Positions 37,876 to 50,240 of a stretch of DNA of 64,000 bases are shown here, in pieces. The DNA is from Eutreptiella sp. 'Long Island Sound 2002' (taxonomy: Eukaryota; Protista; Euglenida). A program made the translations under genes and the position numbers. The notes under the pieces were generated by a model. The model saw nothing but the letters and a program-made list of their open reading frames with translations. It did not search any database and had not been told where the DNA came from. The DNA lies in the NCBI GenBank assembly GCA_964036045.1, contig OZ038379.1, forward strand, positions 24,800,001 through 24,864,000. Reading direction: 5' to 3'. The number at the start of each line of letters is the position of its first letter. Position 1 is the first letter of the stretch.

Positions 37876-40652
37876 GCCCCGGATGGGGGCGACCCCCGGG
37901 CCGCGGCCCCCCTTTGGGAGGACCCGACAGACCCCAGCCCGACAACAGCCTCCGTTGTTCATAACTCCATTCATAATTCCATTCATAATTCAAAACTCGT
38001 TTTATGAACGCATTTTATGAACGTGTTTTATGAACAGATGCACAGGCATACAAAAGTTGCTCACTTTTCAATCTGTCCTATCCACTTCACTGCTTTTCTT
38101 TGTCCCTTGTCCTTGCTTGTTCTTGCCGCAAAAATGGCAATTTTTCCAAAAAAAAACCCCATCCACAAAAAAAAACTGACCTCGAGGGTGTTGACCCAAC
38201 CCCCCAAGTTTTGAACAAAAATGGCCCATGGGTACCCTAGCAACAGCAAAATGTGTTCGTATTTCATAAAACGATTTATGATGAACAAAACTACCTTTCA
38301 TACAGGTACCAAGGCGCTATACAAGACCACCCGTTCGGGGTGCATGCAGTGGCAAAACAGTGGCTACGTCACGGGACAGCTCAACGGCTGTACAGCATTG
38401 TTGTGTACCACTAATGGATACAGCTCCCGTGGACCGAGCGGGGTTGGGGTGCGAGACACCCTATCCGCTGCAGGCCTGGCAGGGGTCATGCGTCAGAGCT
38501 CCGTCTGTTGTTGTGTCCCTATCTCCCGACGCCTCTGCCGATGATCACCATCATGAATGCGAAAAGACGCACATGTCTCTGCACGCAACGGCTCTCTGCA
38601 GTTCCCACATGTTTTCGCGTGTTCGGGGTCTGCTCGTCGGACGTGCTGTGCCCGTCTCTTGGTGTGTGTCTCTCTCATGTGACGAACATGTGACTCAGAG
38701 GATAATGGCTACCACGGGGGTTCGGTGGTTGGAGCGCACACGTAGCATGGGGTGTTCCGCACAGGCAGGGGCGCTTTGACACCCATTTAACCAGCATACG
38801 CCTTCATGGTCCCGCTTCTCGCGCACGTGTGTGTAGAGACGTGCTGTTCCCCAGGTCGATGTCCGATCGGTGGTTTTTTGAGGACTCCCACATCATGCAG
38901 TTGCAGGCGGCACCATGGTACTGGATCAACAACCCGGACGTCGCCATGCCCACGTAGCCCTCCCTCGCGGCTACCCTGGAAGGGTACTGCCTGGAAGGGG
39001 ACGCCGGACGGGCGGCATGGCTGCGGGGTGCTGTCACGGCTGCCGCGAACCCGGCCTTCCCCGTCCATGTGCGCCCGTGGACTGCATTGTCCGAGGGGCG
39101 TGCGCCGTGCCCCTTCCAGCTGGCGGTGGGTATCATGCTTTGGACGGCGTACAGGCTGCCCACGGAACTCCCGGGAATGGCAGATGAGGGCACAAACAGG
39201 CCCCGGCCGGGGGATGTGATCGACGAACGGTGGCCGTTGTCATGGGCGCAAGGCCCCCACAGACCGCACCAATGCCGGCGGCTGGCATTGCCATGGCGGC
39301 CAGGTTGTTGCGCAACGTGTTCCCTGAGATTCGTCCACCGGCGAGCATGATCCCGATGGATACGGAGCCCCATCACCCGGCCCCCATGAGCTCCAGGGGA
39401 CGGGATTCGTCATTCGGCCCCCCTCTGCTCCCGTTCCCCACACCCTAGCACCCAAGGAGGCAAGCTTCCATCCACCAGCCCCCCGCTGCTCCCGTTCCCG
39501 CCACGGGAACAGTACCGTGCTCCGGCTGATCGGGCTGCCGGCGCACCGGTATATGTGGGGGAACGCCCCACTCGTGGGACGTTGCCACTGCTCGTGTTAG
39601 TAGAGTCCGGCCCACTGCAAGAATTCCACGAACAGTGTGACACCATTGTGTGCGACTAACCCTCACGACACGGGTGTGGCCGTGCAAAGGTGCCTAGCAC
39701 GCGTGCCAGTGCCCACAGGGACACACCAATCACGTTTACGGCCAAAGCCGAAGAATAGCGGCGCAATGGAATTGTGCCTCGGTGTGTGTCCCCTCGTAAA
39801 ACGGGGGCTTCACCGACAGTTGACGTGCTTTTCTCTTCGGGGCATTTTTCCTCCGGAAATTGCCCGGATAATTTTGAGATTGAGGGTTGTACAGCCCAGT
39901 ACCCTGGGTGTTGCCCAAAGCAAGGCTGGACCGGGAAGAAGCGAAACTTGGCGACTTCCCTGGGCCATGGAGTGGGCGACCTTTAGGCCCCGGGGATACC
40001 AGTAGCCCAGGAGTTTGGGTGCGCATGCGGCGAGCTCGGATTCACGGGGGCTAGGGTGAGCTCATATGGACCACCCATCCAAGCTAAGCAGGGGAGTTTC
40101 CACACAGTCACCTTCACCCCATATACCGCCCCGCAGTATACTTTACCCCCAGGCCTGGTCATGCGGGAGGCCCTAGGGGGGTGAGGATGTTGCGGCTGGG
40201 CTTCCACCAACGCGAGCAGCGGCTTTGCAACACGGTAGCGGGGGAGGGAGGAGGAGAGAGGGAGGGTATTTGTCCTACACGACCTTCAACTCTGCTCCCT
40301 CATTGTAATCCGATACCTCGTCGGACTATGGTTCGACTAGTCATTCTTTCCACTCCGTGGAGTTGACAGAGCAAGACAGGGCACAACGAGGGCATTGTGT
40401 TGGGGTGGTTGCACTTTCTCCCCCACCCTTTTTCTTGTGCCCCACCTCGCGGCTTGTTTCGGCGAGTTCAACACCTGGTCTCCCCCCTCCCCGTGCTTTA
40501 CGGCCGCACCTCTGTTCCCTGTGTGCTCCCCACCAGCTTCTAGGTCCCCCAAATTTTTTTCATGCAACCCTGCTCAGGGCCGCTTTCCTAGCCTTTCGTC
40601 CCTTTTCCCGTACCATAATCCAAGGATGCTCCTTGTCTTTGGTGTGCCCCGC

Positions 40653-40728
40653 TGGTGCCACTAGCGGGGCTCGAACCCGCACACTACGGTCTCCAAGGCA
40701 GGGCCACTAGCCGCTGAGGTAGGTGTCA
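40653..40728 (-). pseudogene. tRNA-like sequence (tRNA pseudogene or SINE head)
   Basis: A-box-like TACCTCAGCGG, perfect T arm GCGGG-TTCGAGC-CCCGC, ends in GGCACCA; acceptor and anticodon stems pair poorly. Confidence 0.55.
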
Positions 40729-41988
40729 GCTGGGCTAGTCATCCCCCATTCCTCCGCTTCGGCCCGCCATCTCCTTCGGTATACCAGCCCGGATCCCACC
40801 TCACATCAGGAGAGCAACAGAAACACGCACGAAAGGCCTCTGGTATGCCGGAAAAACGAACATTTTAGTCCGCTGGCGCAGGCTCATACGGTCCCAGTCT
40901 GCCTTCATTAGCGTCCATGCCTACGGCCTCTTGCCAAATACTCTTCATGCCGTTCACCATAGGAGTGGATACGCTGACTGCAGTCTGTTGCCCCGTTTGG
41001 AAGTGCGCAACACGTTGTTGGACATGTCGGGAAGGGTGAGGCACGCAAGTTATCGGTCGCTACTGCCCTCGCATACAGGCATTGGCTTCCATAGTTGTGG
41101 CCCGTACTGCACGGCGGTAGGTTGAGCCCACTGTGCGCCCCGCAAATCAGTTGTCACTGGCTGGTCAGATCTGTACGTGTGCTCCTCGCTACCCCTTGAC
41201 ACCTCATGGACTGCCCCCCTCGTGCACGCAGAGACATGCACGAGCCAGCACTATACATAACTCGGCTCATGGCTGCATTGCCCTAGCCTGCCTTCGCCGG
41301 CGCTCAGGACGCCTGCGGCCCCCTGTGAATATCAACCCGCACCACTGACTACCAGAGTAGAGCCGCCCTCTATACTGTGTTTGCTGCTGCCTAGTTAGCA
41401 GGGAGGATAGGTCAGGACACTTCAGGAAGATATAGGTACGTAGGCTATCAGCTGCCAACGCTAACGAAGACACGCAACGGCTCCCATAGACTGGACTAGC
41501 AATGCTTAGCACTTGGCGGCGCCCCGTGCGCGCCCTGTTGAATAACTGGCATGAATCGGTTAGGTTAGCACGTGCGCCCCGTGTTGCAGTTTGACGTTTC
41601 ATGGGCCCCTAACCTTGAGCACATAGAGACATGCACCTGCAGGCACCATATTATTCACGCCTCCGTGGCGCATCGTATGACCATTTCACATGCAACTCCC
41701 ACCCAGCCTTCTGATCCTTTACAGCGGAGTCTACGTCGTGCCCACGTCAATTGCCCTGCACTGCCCCCGCTCGCCGCAGGCAATTGTGGCCTTGGTGGTT
41801 TGTGGTTCGTTAGCTGCACTGGGCCTTGGACACTGCGGGGCACGGCCCTTCTTTGCCCCCCCCCCCCCCCCCCCCGAAGTGATGTCACCACACCCACCGT
41901 CAAAAGTGGTCCCGCTTGTCCTTCGCGGGGTTTACACTTTTCCTATGTTCTTGTGGACTGCTTTTTTTGCCGGAATTTAGGGCTTTTC

Positions 41989-42303
<315 letters not shown>

Positions 42304-42622
42304 TCTGCTAGCTCACTGCGAAACGGCCCCTACGTTTCCAACGACCCCATGCCGTCCCCCTTCAGCCGGCCCAAATCCTGTTGGACACCAAGGAATGGTC
42401 GTGCGGTGGCAATGATGGTTCGCATCTCCTCCTCTCCCTCTTGCTGCTGCTGCTCCTCCTCCATCCCACTCTTTGGGGCTTCTCCCCCGATATTCTTTCT
42501 CCTGCACAATCTTCAGCCATTCCACAATTTGTCACCTGGTTCATTCATGGTCCCAGTTTTGGGGATCTGGCCATTGAACCTGCTCAAAACCATCCATTGG
42601 TATTCACTTCATGTGATAGTAT

Positions 42623-43384
42623 GCACGAAGTCGCCCCCCCCTACCTCCCCCCCCCTAACCCCCTACACCCCCCCCCCTACCCCCCCCCTACCCCCCCCTA
42701 CCTCCCCCCCCCTACCTCCCCCCCCCTACCTCCCCCCCCCTACCTCCCCCCCCTACCTTCGGGTCGCTTCGCTCAACAGACGGCTCGCTTCGCTCGACGT
42801 GGGGGCCAGCCCCCGCAGCCCCCTTAAATAACAAGACTCCTGCGGTGGCCACCGACCGCGTTTTGTGTGCACCGCCTTGTGTGTGCACCGCCTTGTGTGT
42901 GCACCGCCTTGTGTGTGCACCGCCTTTTGTGTGTACCGCCTTGCCTGTGGCCCCTTAAATAACAAGACTCCTGCGGTGGCCACAGGCCGCCTTTTGTGTG
43001 TTCCGCCTTGTGTGTGCACCGCCTTTTGTGTGCACCGCCTTGCCTGTGGCCCCTTAAATAACAATACTCTTGCGTGGCCACAGACCGCCTTTTGTGTGTT
43101 CCGCCTTGTGTATGCCCCGCCTTGTGTGTGCACCGCCTTCTGTGTGTATGATCCTACCCCCCCCCTCCCCCCAAACCCACCCCATCCCCCCCCTACCCCC
43201 CCCTACCTTCTCGACCCCCCCCCTACCTCCCACCCCTACCCCCCCTACCTCTCCCCCCTACCCCCCCCTACCTCCCCCCCCTACCCCCCCCCCTTACACC
43301 CCCCCCTACCCCCCCCTACCCCCCCCCTACACCCCCCCCCTACCCCCCCCCCTACCTCCATGGTAGGGGGGGGCGACTTCGTGC
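42623..43384. mobile_element. MITE with perfect 23-bp TIR, (C7TAC)n arms and a nested minisatellite core
   Basis: GCACGAAGTCGCCCCCCCCTACC at 42623 and its reverse complement ending at 43384; TSD ambiguous (GATAGTAT / GATATATG). Confidence 0.85.
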
Positions 43385-43958
43385 GATATATGTTCATGTC
43401 AAAGTTACAGGACATCTTCCATGTGAGCAGAAGAACCGCCTGCCCCCTACGGGGTAGGGTTACCTAGGCACCATCATCACCGCAAGAATTGTGTTTCCCT
43501 TTTCTTTGCTTTTGCTAAAATGAAGGGCCGCTCAAGTGGGGCGGGACAGGCTCCACCAGCGGTGGGGAGGTTCTTTTGGCCCAGGGTTATGTGCTGCAGT
43601 TCAGCTGGGATGGCAGGGGCAGCCCTCCCGCAGACTGGGGCGCACAAAGGGCAGGTGTGCAGGGGCACCCCCCCCCCCACCCCAACTGGAGGGCGTCCAT
43701 GGAGGTGGCAGGGGCGGCCCCCTCCCACACCTGAGCGGCACGTTCAGGTTAGGGGCGGCCCCCTCCCCTAACTAGGGGGTACCAATGGGTGAGAAAACCG
43801 CACCCCTGAGAACCCAACCCCACCAACCCATGCATTGGTGCCTGTGGGGCCCAAGTCCATTGGGGGATAGGGGAGGCCCCAGAGGCGGTTGGAGGTTGGG
43901 GGTGCAGAGGAACGGTGGTGGGTCAACCAACAAGGCGATTTCATCAAACCCAACAGAC

Positions 43959-44257
43959 CTTCAGCGCCTCCAGTTCCTTGATCTTCTGTGCGGTTACCAC
44001 GTCAAACCCGCCAGCCCCAGGCTTTCCCATGCGTACAGTACTCGAAGGGGGCCTCAAAGCCTTCAGATCAACTTCTGGGGCAGGTGATGCGCGGATGGGG
44101 GTGACAAGCCGCAGTGGCGTCACCACATCGCCAAAGGCATCCAAGCCGACGATGCCCACTTGATTGAAAAAATTGTAAGGGTTCAGGTGGCACTTGGCAA
44201 AGAGCAGTCGTAGATACGGTGTTGGGCGGTTGATCTGCACGGTCTTCAACTCGCGGG
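43959..44257 (-). CDS. CEP104: CEP104 coding exon 3
   Basis: Acceptor TGTCACAG|CC (phase 1) completes KARELKTV; contains NPYNFFNQVGIVG, the CEP104 N.YN..NQV.++ motif; donor AAG|GTCTGT. Confidence 0.93.
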
Positions 44258-44826
44258 CTGTGACAATCCACAGGCACTTTGCTACGCCATCCCAGCCCAA
44301 AACACCGTTGCGATCAACGACGCAAAGCATAAGCGCTCCATAACCCTTCACAACGCCTCACGTATCATTGCGACTGTACAGCCGTCAAATCCTCTGCACC
44401 ACTCTGCAGTCCTTATAAACCTTAAAAAGCTTCACAAGCCTCCACAATCCTCTGCGCTTCTCTGAGACTCTTTAAAATCCTTCTCAAGCCTTCACAACCC
44501 GCTATACTTCACAAGCCTTCAAAACCTGCTATACTTCTCGACAATCCTTGACAAGCTTCCAAAATCCCACAAACACCCCTCTCGAATGACCCTGCATACA
44601 ACCTTGTCTGTCTCCTTACGACACCTTTACGAAAGGTCTCTACCACGCTTCACGAACCTCTACAATCCTCTGCAACTTGCCGATGATCATCTTGGGCTTG
44701 CAGCCTATGGCAAATGCTTCGTAACTTACTATGCGCTTAGCAGACCATATGCGGCGATGTTGCTTACAGTGTACATCTAAAAAGGAAAAGCAAACCCCGC
44801 GCTGAAACAGAAGGCCTACTGCATAC

Positions 44827-45110
44827 CCTTATACTCGGTCTCTTTGTTGGACGTAAGACAAAAATGCCCCAATCGCTGCCACTGAACTCTGTTGTACTGC
44901 GGAAAATGACTGGAATTTCCCGCGGGACCGTCGCAGACAAACACGTCAACTTTGGATGCGATCTTGAATTCATGCGCCAAAATGTCGATGGATCTCAGCA
45001 TCACGACCCCCTCAAACTGGATCCCGATTTCCACAGGGAAGTTTGGAAAGCGGCCACAAGACCATCCAACGGCGTCCACAGTGTGGTACTGCAGTTGCGC
45101 GCCCGCAAAC
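44827..45110 (-). CDS. CEP104: CEP104 coding exon 2 (N-terminal jelly-roll domain)
   Basis: Acceptor TTGTGCTTAG, donor G|GTATGC. Encodes GWSCGRFPNFPVEIG..LAHEFKIASKVDVFV..RLGHFCLTSNKETEYK, matching CEP104 GW..RF..P.E / LAH..I.SK+E / RLG++...N...K motifs. Confidence 0.93.
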
Positions 45111-46373
45111 CTAAGCACAAGGTAATTGGACGCAAGCACTTCGGAAATAAGATATGTGTCAGCTCAAGCATCTCTAACCCGTCGAAAGCGAGCCACCCAT
45201 TTCAAGAGAGAAAAGAAGGGACCCTTGGTTGTACGCCCACCCCATTGCCACTAGCTTATTGCTCTGCATACTCCTCCCCACCACCTACATGCACCCCGTC
45301 CAGCACCACTATCATCAGTGCTTCCGTTGCATACCAATACGAAAAAAAAAGATATCAGTCCCAACCCCATCATGAAAATCAACAAACATCACCACCTGTA
45401 ATCGAGCAAGGAGAGGGCCAGGCTCTATTGTAGTAACGAACAGACCTGAACAAGGCAAAGTGGCATTCATCCTCCTTGGCCAAATTCACATGATCCACTG
45501 CTACTTGCGAGAAGAAAGTAACCATTCATGCATGGACACATACATATTCCCCTCGGGCCTTTGGCACACGTGCCCTTTGCCTTGCTCAGCAAGGCCCGTC
45601 AATCGTGTGGCACTGCCTGTTGTACATAGGCACCACGAGTCTTTCGGGCTCAGCCACCACACAACAAGAAGACTGGTAGCAAGGGAATGAAGTCGACATT
45701 TGCTTTCCTAGGCACAATCTTATGTGACACCGGCTTTGCCGCCTTCCTTGCCTCTCTCTAGGGTCAAGCTACATCCGCCCATCCGAACATCGCCCCCGAT
45801 GCACAGTAGGGTCATTGTTGAGCCATTGCCTTTGGAGCAGGACGCGAGGGTGCGATGCCAAGGCTATGAACCTCCATTGCATGGCCCCAACGGGACCTTG
45901 CCAGCACAAAGAAGCCACCTGGCACTCGTTCATTTGCAGGAGACCGTGCATCCAATAACATTGATCTAAGGGGGTAAAATTGTAGAATATTTTTGTGCAA
46001 GAAGTATCTCCTTCTCTGTAGGGCACTACCAATAATGCACCACTCATCCTTGTAGGTGGAAGTCACAAAACCACATTGATCGTTAAGGAGTTCCATTACA
46101 CCTGTGGATAGTGAACTCCTACCTATCAAAGAAGGTGGGATCCCGAGGCACCCATGCGACAAAAGGAGAGATGTTCATTTTGATTTAGGACCCAACTGCA
46201 CCAATAAAACGATGTGTTCCACACAAATCCCATTTGGCAAACTGCACACCTCATCAAGTGTTGGAACCTTGAAATTCTTGTCAATTGTCCGGTCTCCCGA
46301 CCATTCACCTCGCTTCGCTAAAGTGGAAACCACCATGGATACCTCCACCCTTTTGCACCACATTGTAGTTGTA

Positions 46374-46991
46374 CCCCCCCCCCCGTAACAGTAGACCCGG
46401 GTCTCTTAATTTTTTGACCCGGAGCCAAAGCCCTGGGTCTCTTAGAGTGTACTTTTCCAAGTGGGTCTCTTATACTGTAGTTCCAGGCCTTGATGTGACC
46501 TGTATTTTAAATCACGAAAACAAGCCGCATCCAACTAGCCCACCGAGATTCATTTTCATTGTTTAACTGAAAAAAACCATTTGGAAGGGTTGTGGGGAAG
46601 AAGATGACTCTTGGGAGCCACTTGCACACTTGACAGGAGTTGGTTGATGCTTTTGAAGCAAGTGAGCGAGATCGTGCCTTGGCGCGAAGTGTTCGCCTTG
46701 GGCTTTGGCACTAATGTTAATCGGAGATCTATTTGTTGGAATTGTGTGTGACAATACCCTCAACTGTAACAACATTGAATTTGGGAGCATCTGATTAAAA
46801 TTGTCTCGTCACATGAGGGCTTGGGCTTTGGTTCAGGTTCCAATGTATCACCTGCTGCAAGTGGGTCTCTTGTACGGTACTTTTCCAAGTGGGTCTCTTA
46901 TCGTTTGAGTCGGGGACGGGTCCGAGATTGGACTAGGTCTCTTAAAACGTCTTTTGCTGGTGGGTGTACTGTGACCGGGGGGGGGGGGGAG
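46374..46991. mobile_element. Tc1/mariner-type MITE (TA TSD)
   Basis: TA|C-run-GTAACAGTAGACCC .. GGGTGTACTGTGACC-G-run-AG|TA; six GGTCTCTT direct repeats near the ends. Confidence 0.65.
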
Positions 46992-47491
46992 TATGTACAT
47001 ACATGTACATGTGTGAACATGTATGTACATATCCCCCCACTTCAACTCCCCGAGCCATTTGGAGGGATGGGGAGGAGGGGGGCGACTGGGCGCCATGCCA
47101 CCGCCCCCCCCCCTTCCTTTTGTCCACCAAACCGCCTATGTGTGTCAACACAATTCCCACAAGGAGAATTTACTTTTTTTTCGCATTGACGTTGTCAAGA
47201 TGAAATGTTTTACCCCAAGTTTGATGAGGTCATCAACCCAAATGCACAAGACCACACATATGCCCACGGGGCATCACTTACGACTGCTAGGGGTGACCAC
47301 CCTCACATTTGGCCTGCGGAGCGTCCCATTTTGTGTTGAAATTGGACGAGGTGCAAAATCGCCCCCATGATGAGCTTGAGGCTTTGCGTTGTTTAATGCA
47401 ACAAATGCACGGCACACAACAACATTTTGTGTCAGCACGAGTCCCTTTCTAGAATTTTGATACGTCTCGGACAAAAAAAAAGCCACCCTTA

Positions 47492-48106
47492 GAGGGCGCC
47501 GTCCCGCGTCCCCCCCGCGTCCTCCCCCGCGTCCCCCCCGCGTCCCGCTATACCATGAAAACGATGATATTTGTCTTCATTACAACCCATAGGGAAGAGC
47601 CCCAAGAGATGGTTGAGTGATGCTTGAATTCTGACAGGTATTGTTGCCCCACGGATTTTTTTGAGCAATATGGTCAGGAAATATTTTGCAAGAAGACAAC
47701 ATCCCTGATTGGGCTTCTAACCTTTTTTTTTAACGGCACCCATTCGAGGATCATTTGTTTCTTTGTTTTTGCGCGCCACACTATGTCACCGGATGGGACC
47801 TGAACTATTTTTGGCTCGGAATGCTGAAGCTTGTGTTTCTGTGGTTATTTGTCGTCGCTGAAGGACATGTGTACATGTGAGTTGCAACGCCGTGTACATG
47901 TTGTGGCAGGATGGTTGCAATCCAAAGGGCCATCATGTGTTGTTTTCTGTGGTATTGAAGGATAGGAGGGCTTGGGAGGGCATAAGCAATGCCAAACCCC
48001 CAAAAATAGTTGCATATCTAGGTCCCTTGAAAACACCAATTTCATGCCCTCCCTACGTCTCCCCCGCGTCCCTCCCCCGCATCCCCCCCGCGTCCAGGGC
48101 GCCCTC
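47492..48106. mobile_element. Harbinger/Tourist-like MITE (family B)
   Basis: TIR GAGGGCGCC/GGCGCCCTC, TTA TSD on both sides, subterminal CCCCGCGTC direct repeats at both ends. Confidence 0.85.
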
Positions 48107-48514
48107 TTAGCACATTGGGCATCAAGGTAGCAGCAGACATAGCCCAATAGTGTTTGGCACATTGCCCGAGAAGAGCTACAACGACCATCGCAAGTTGTAG
48201 CAGTTTAGGTAGCAAGCCCTCATTTAGCGATTTAGGATCACTTGGGGCTTGTGCCAAACTATGGAGGCACCTGAACTCGCAAAAAGATGTTGCACCAAAG
48301 GTTGACAAGGTCGGTTGCACTCAGAAGTACCGGCTTGTACTTCCCACAACAAACAAATTTGGGTCTTGTGCTGCATACCAATCATGTCAAAAACGCACAA
48401 TTTGTGATTACACTGTTTGGTTGTTGTGGTCCATCATGTTGCATCGTGTTTGGAAGAGCGGTCGGGGCTTTCAACTGGGTCCGGAAACATGCAATCTCGA
48501 GCAGCACAATATAC

Positions 48515-48564
48515 CCTTCTTCTTCACTAGGGCAATGACAGACATTGAAACCCAAACGACCCAT
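48515..48564 (-). CDS. CEP104: CEP104 coding exon 1 (MGRLGFNVCHCPSEEE-G)
   Basis: ATG at 48564; donor GG|GTATAT (phase 2) joins in frame to exon 2, giving ..SEEEGFAGAQLQYH, which resembles the CEP104 N-terminus (KIGFVVVSSSGHEDGFSARELMIH-like). Confidence 0.85.
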
Positions 48565-48569
48565 GGGCG

Positions 48570-48585
48570 CTTGAACAAAAATTGA
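48570..48585 (-). promoter_or_regulatory. Putative (trans-)splice acceptor 5 nt upstream of the CEP104 ATG
   Basis: Minus strand ATCAATTTTTGTTCAAG|CGCCC-ATG. Confidence 0.35.
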
Positions 48586-50240
48586 TATTGCAGCAGAACC
48601 GGTGCACTAAAGAAGTGCCGTGTGGCCAGCCTCTTCGGAATGACAAATCCACACCAAACAAATGAAGCACGTGGAGGCCTCGGAGGGCTTGACACCCAGT
48701 TCGCGGCCGTGTCACAACATGAATGTGCCACGGCGCATCAACGGGACATTGTAAACGGCTGTGGATAAATGGAGACGAACCGCATGCGTGAAGGAGGAGG
48801 GGAAAGTGTACCAATCAATATGCGATGTGTCGCTCAATTTTGCCCCCATGTGGTGCATCTCTGCCGCTCACGGTGCCACAAGTGGCCTAACATCACAAAA
48901 TTTGTCATGTGCTATATCCACACATGACATGTGAACTTACATGACGCGTGTCCTTGGGATTATCAACCTCACTTGTGACAAAAACGTGCTCACGGTCATA
49001 AGGATATTTTACTACGCGCAACACAATCCACGGAGAACTCAAAACCGTACAAACGTCATTGGACATATTCGCAAATGCGTTTGCTTTGTGGTGTGTTCAG
49101 TTCTTTCTTTTACCACTCCATAAAAGGCATCGCCGCGGGAAAGCTGCGGCCAAGGAGGCGCCACACCTCAAACTCTTATGTCTGTTACCTCTTGTGCAAA
49201 CGCAATGCAGACAGCCTCGAGATACTTTGTTTGGGGGGCACACATCAACATGGGCTGCGGCGCACAGTGACAACCACGAAGTATGATTTTGAGCGACACA
49301 GATTGTTTTGTGGTAGATTGTAGCCTGCCCAAGCCAGAAATCGAATACAAGGAGGTGGCTAACACAAAGATGGTGCTACGTAGCTAAATTGGGCAACAAA
49401 GGTGAACTCTTCAGTTGGGCTTACAACGGCACAGCGAGGCATGCATAAGAAGATTGCCAATAGATCTGTAGGACACAGCATACGGTTTTTGTCTTTCGTT
49501 CACACATTGTCTTTTTTAGCCCAATTTTATGCACAATTAAACACAATGCAAATCACTGTGTCCCAGAAGGCCCCATGCTGGGGCCTGTGGTGTGCTGACT
49601 GTTTGTGTTCAGTGTGTGCATGGTACATGCTGGGGGGGGCAGTGAGCGCCTCTAGAGGGGTCAGTGCCAATTCAGGTTGGCAGTCCTCAATACCTTATAT
49701 GCACGTGGTAGCAACGGTAGCACCAGAAAACTAGATATCCCAAGCAGGTGGGGACCCGGGGCAAGATAACAAAACACAAGTTTCTTGAAGACAAATAAAT
49801 CCTACAAGGGGCGTTCAAACGTCAAGGGGGGGGACCTAGGGATGGTAGCTAGCTAACCCTATCCCGAACCAAACCAAAAACCAAAACAAGACATAAGCTT
49901 ACACCTAACCCCGTGATATCCCAAACAGGAGTGGCTGACCCCCCTCTACCGGCGGTATGTGACGTTAATTCGTTTGTGACGTTGATTCGATGCAGCGTGT
50001 CACGCCCTTGTGTCGTAACGAACGGCATATCGATCCGATTGACTGACAAACGAAAACCAACGTCCGCAGCCAAATTTTCAGATGCAGAGTCACAGACGCT
50101 GTTCAGCTTGTGCAAGGTCCTTAGGTCGCGCGTGTAGGGGGCGCGGCCTACATTCCGGCGCTAGGATTTGGGGCCAACTGAGAAATTATCTTTTTATTCC
50201 TGAACGTTATGGAGGCGTTTTTTATATCAATCTGATCAGA

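Noticed and set aside
42820-43140. CRISPR-like array (33-bp repeat x3)
   Set aside because: The spacers are themselves made of a 16-bp repeat, there are no cas genes, and the context is a eukaryotic MITE.
45400-46370. Gypsy integrase remnant in intron 1
   Set aside because: Frames look coding-derived but no DDE or HHCC motif could be pinned down.
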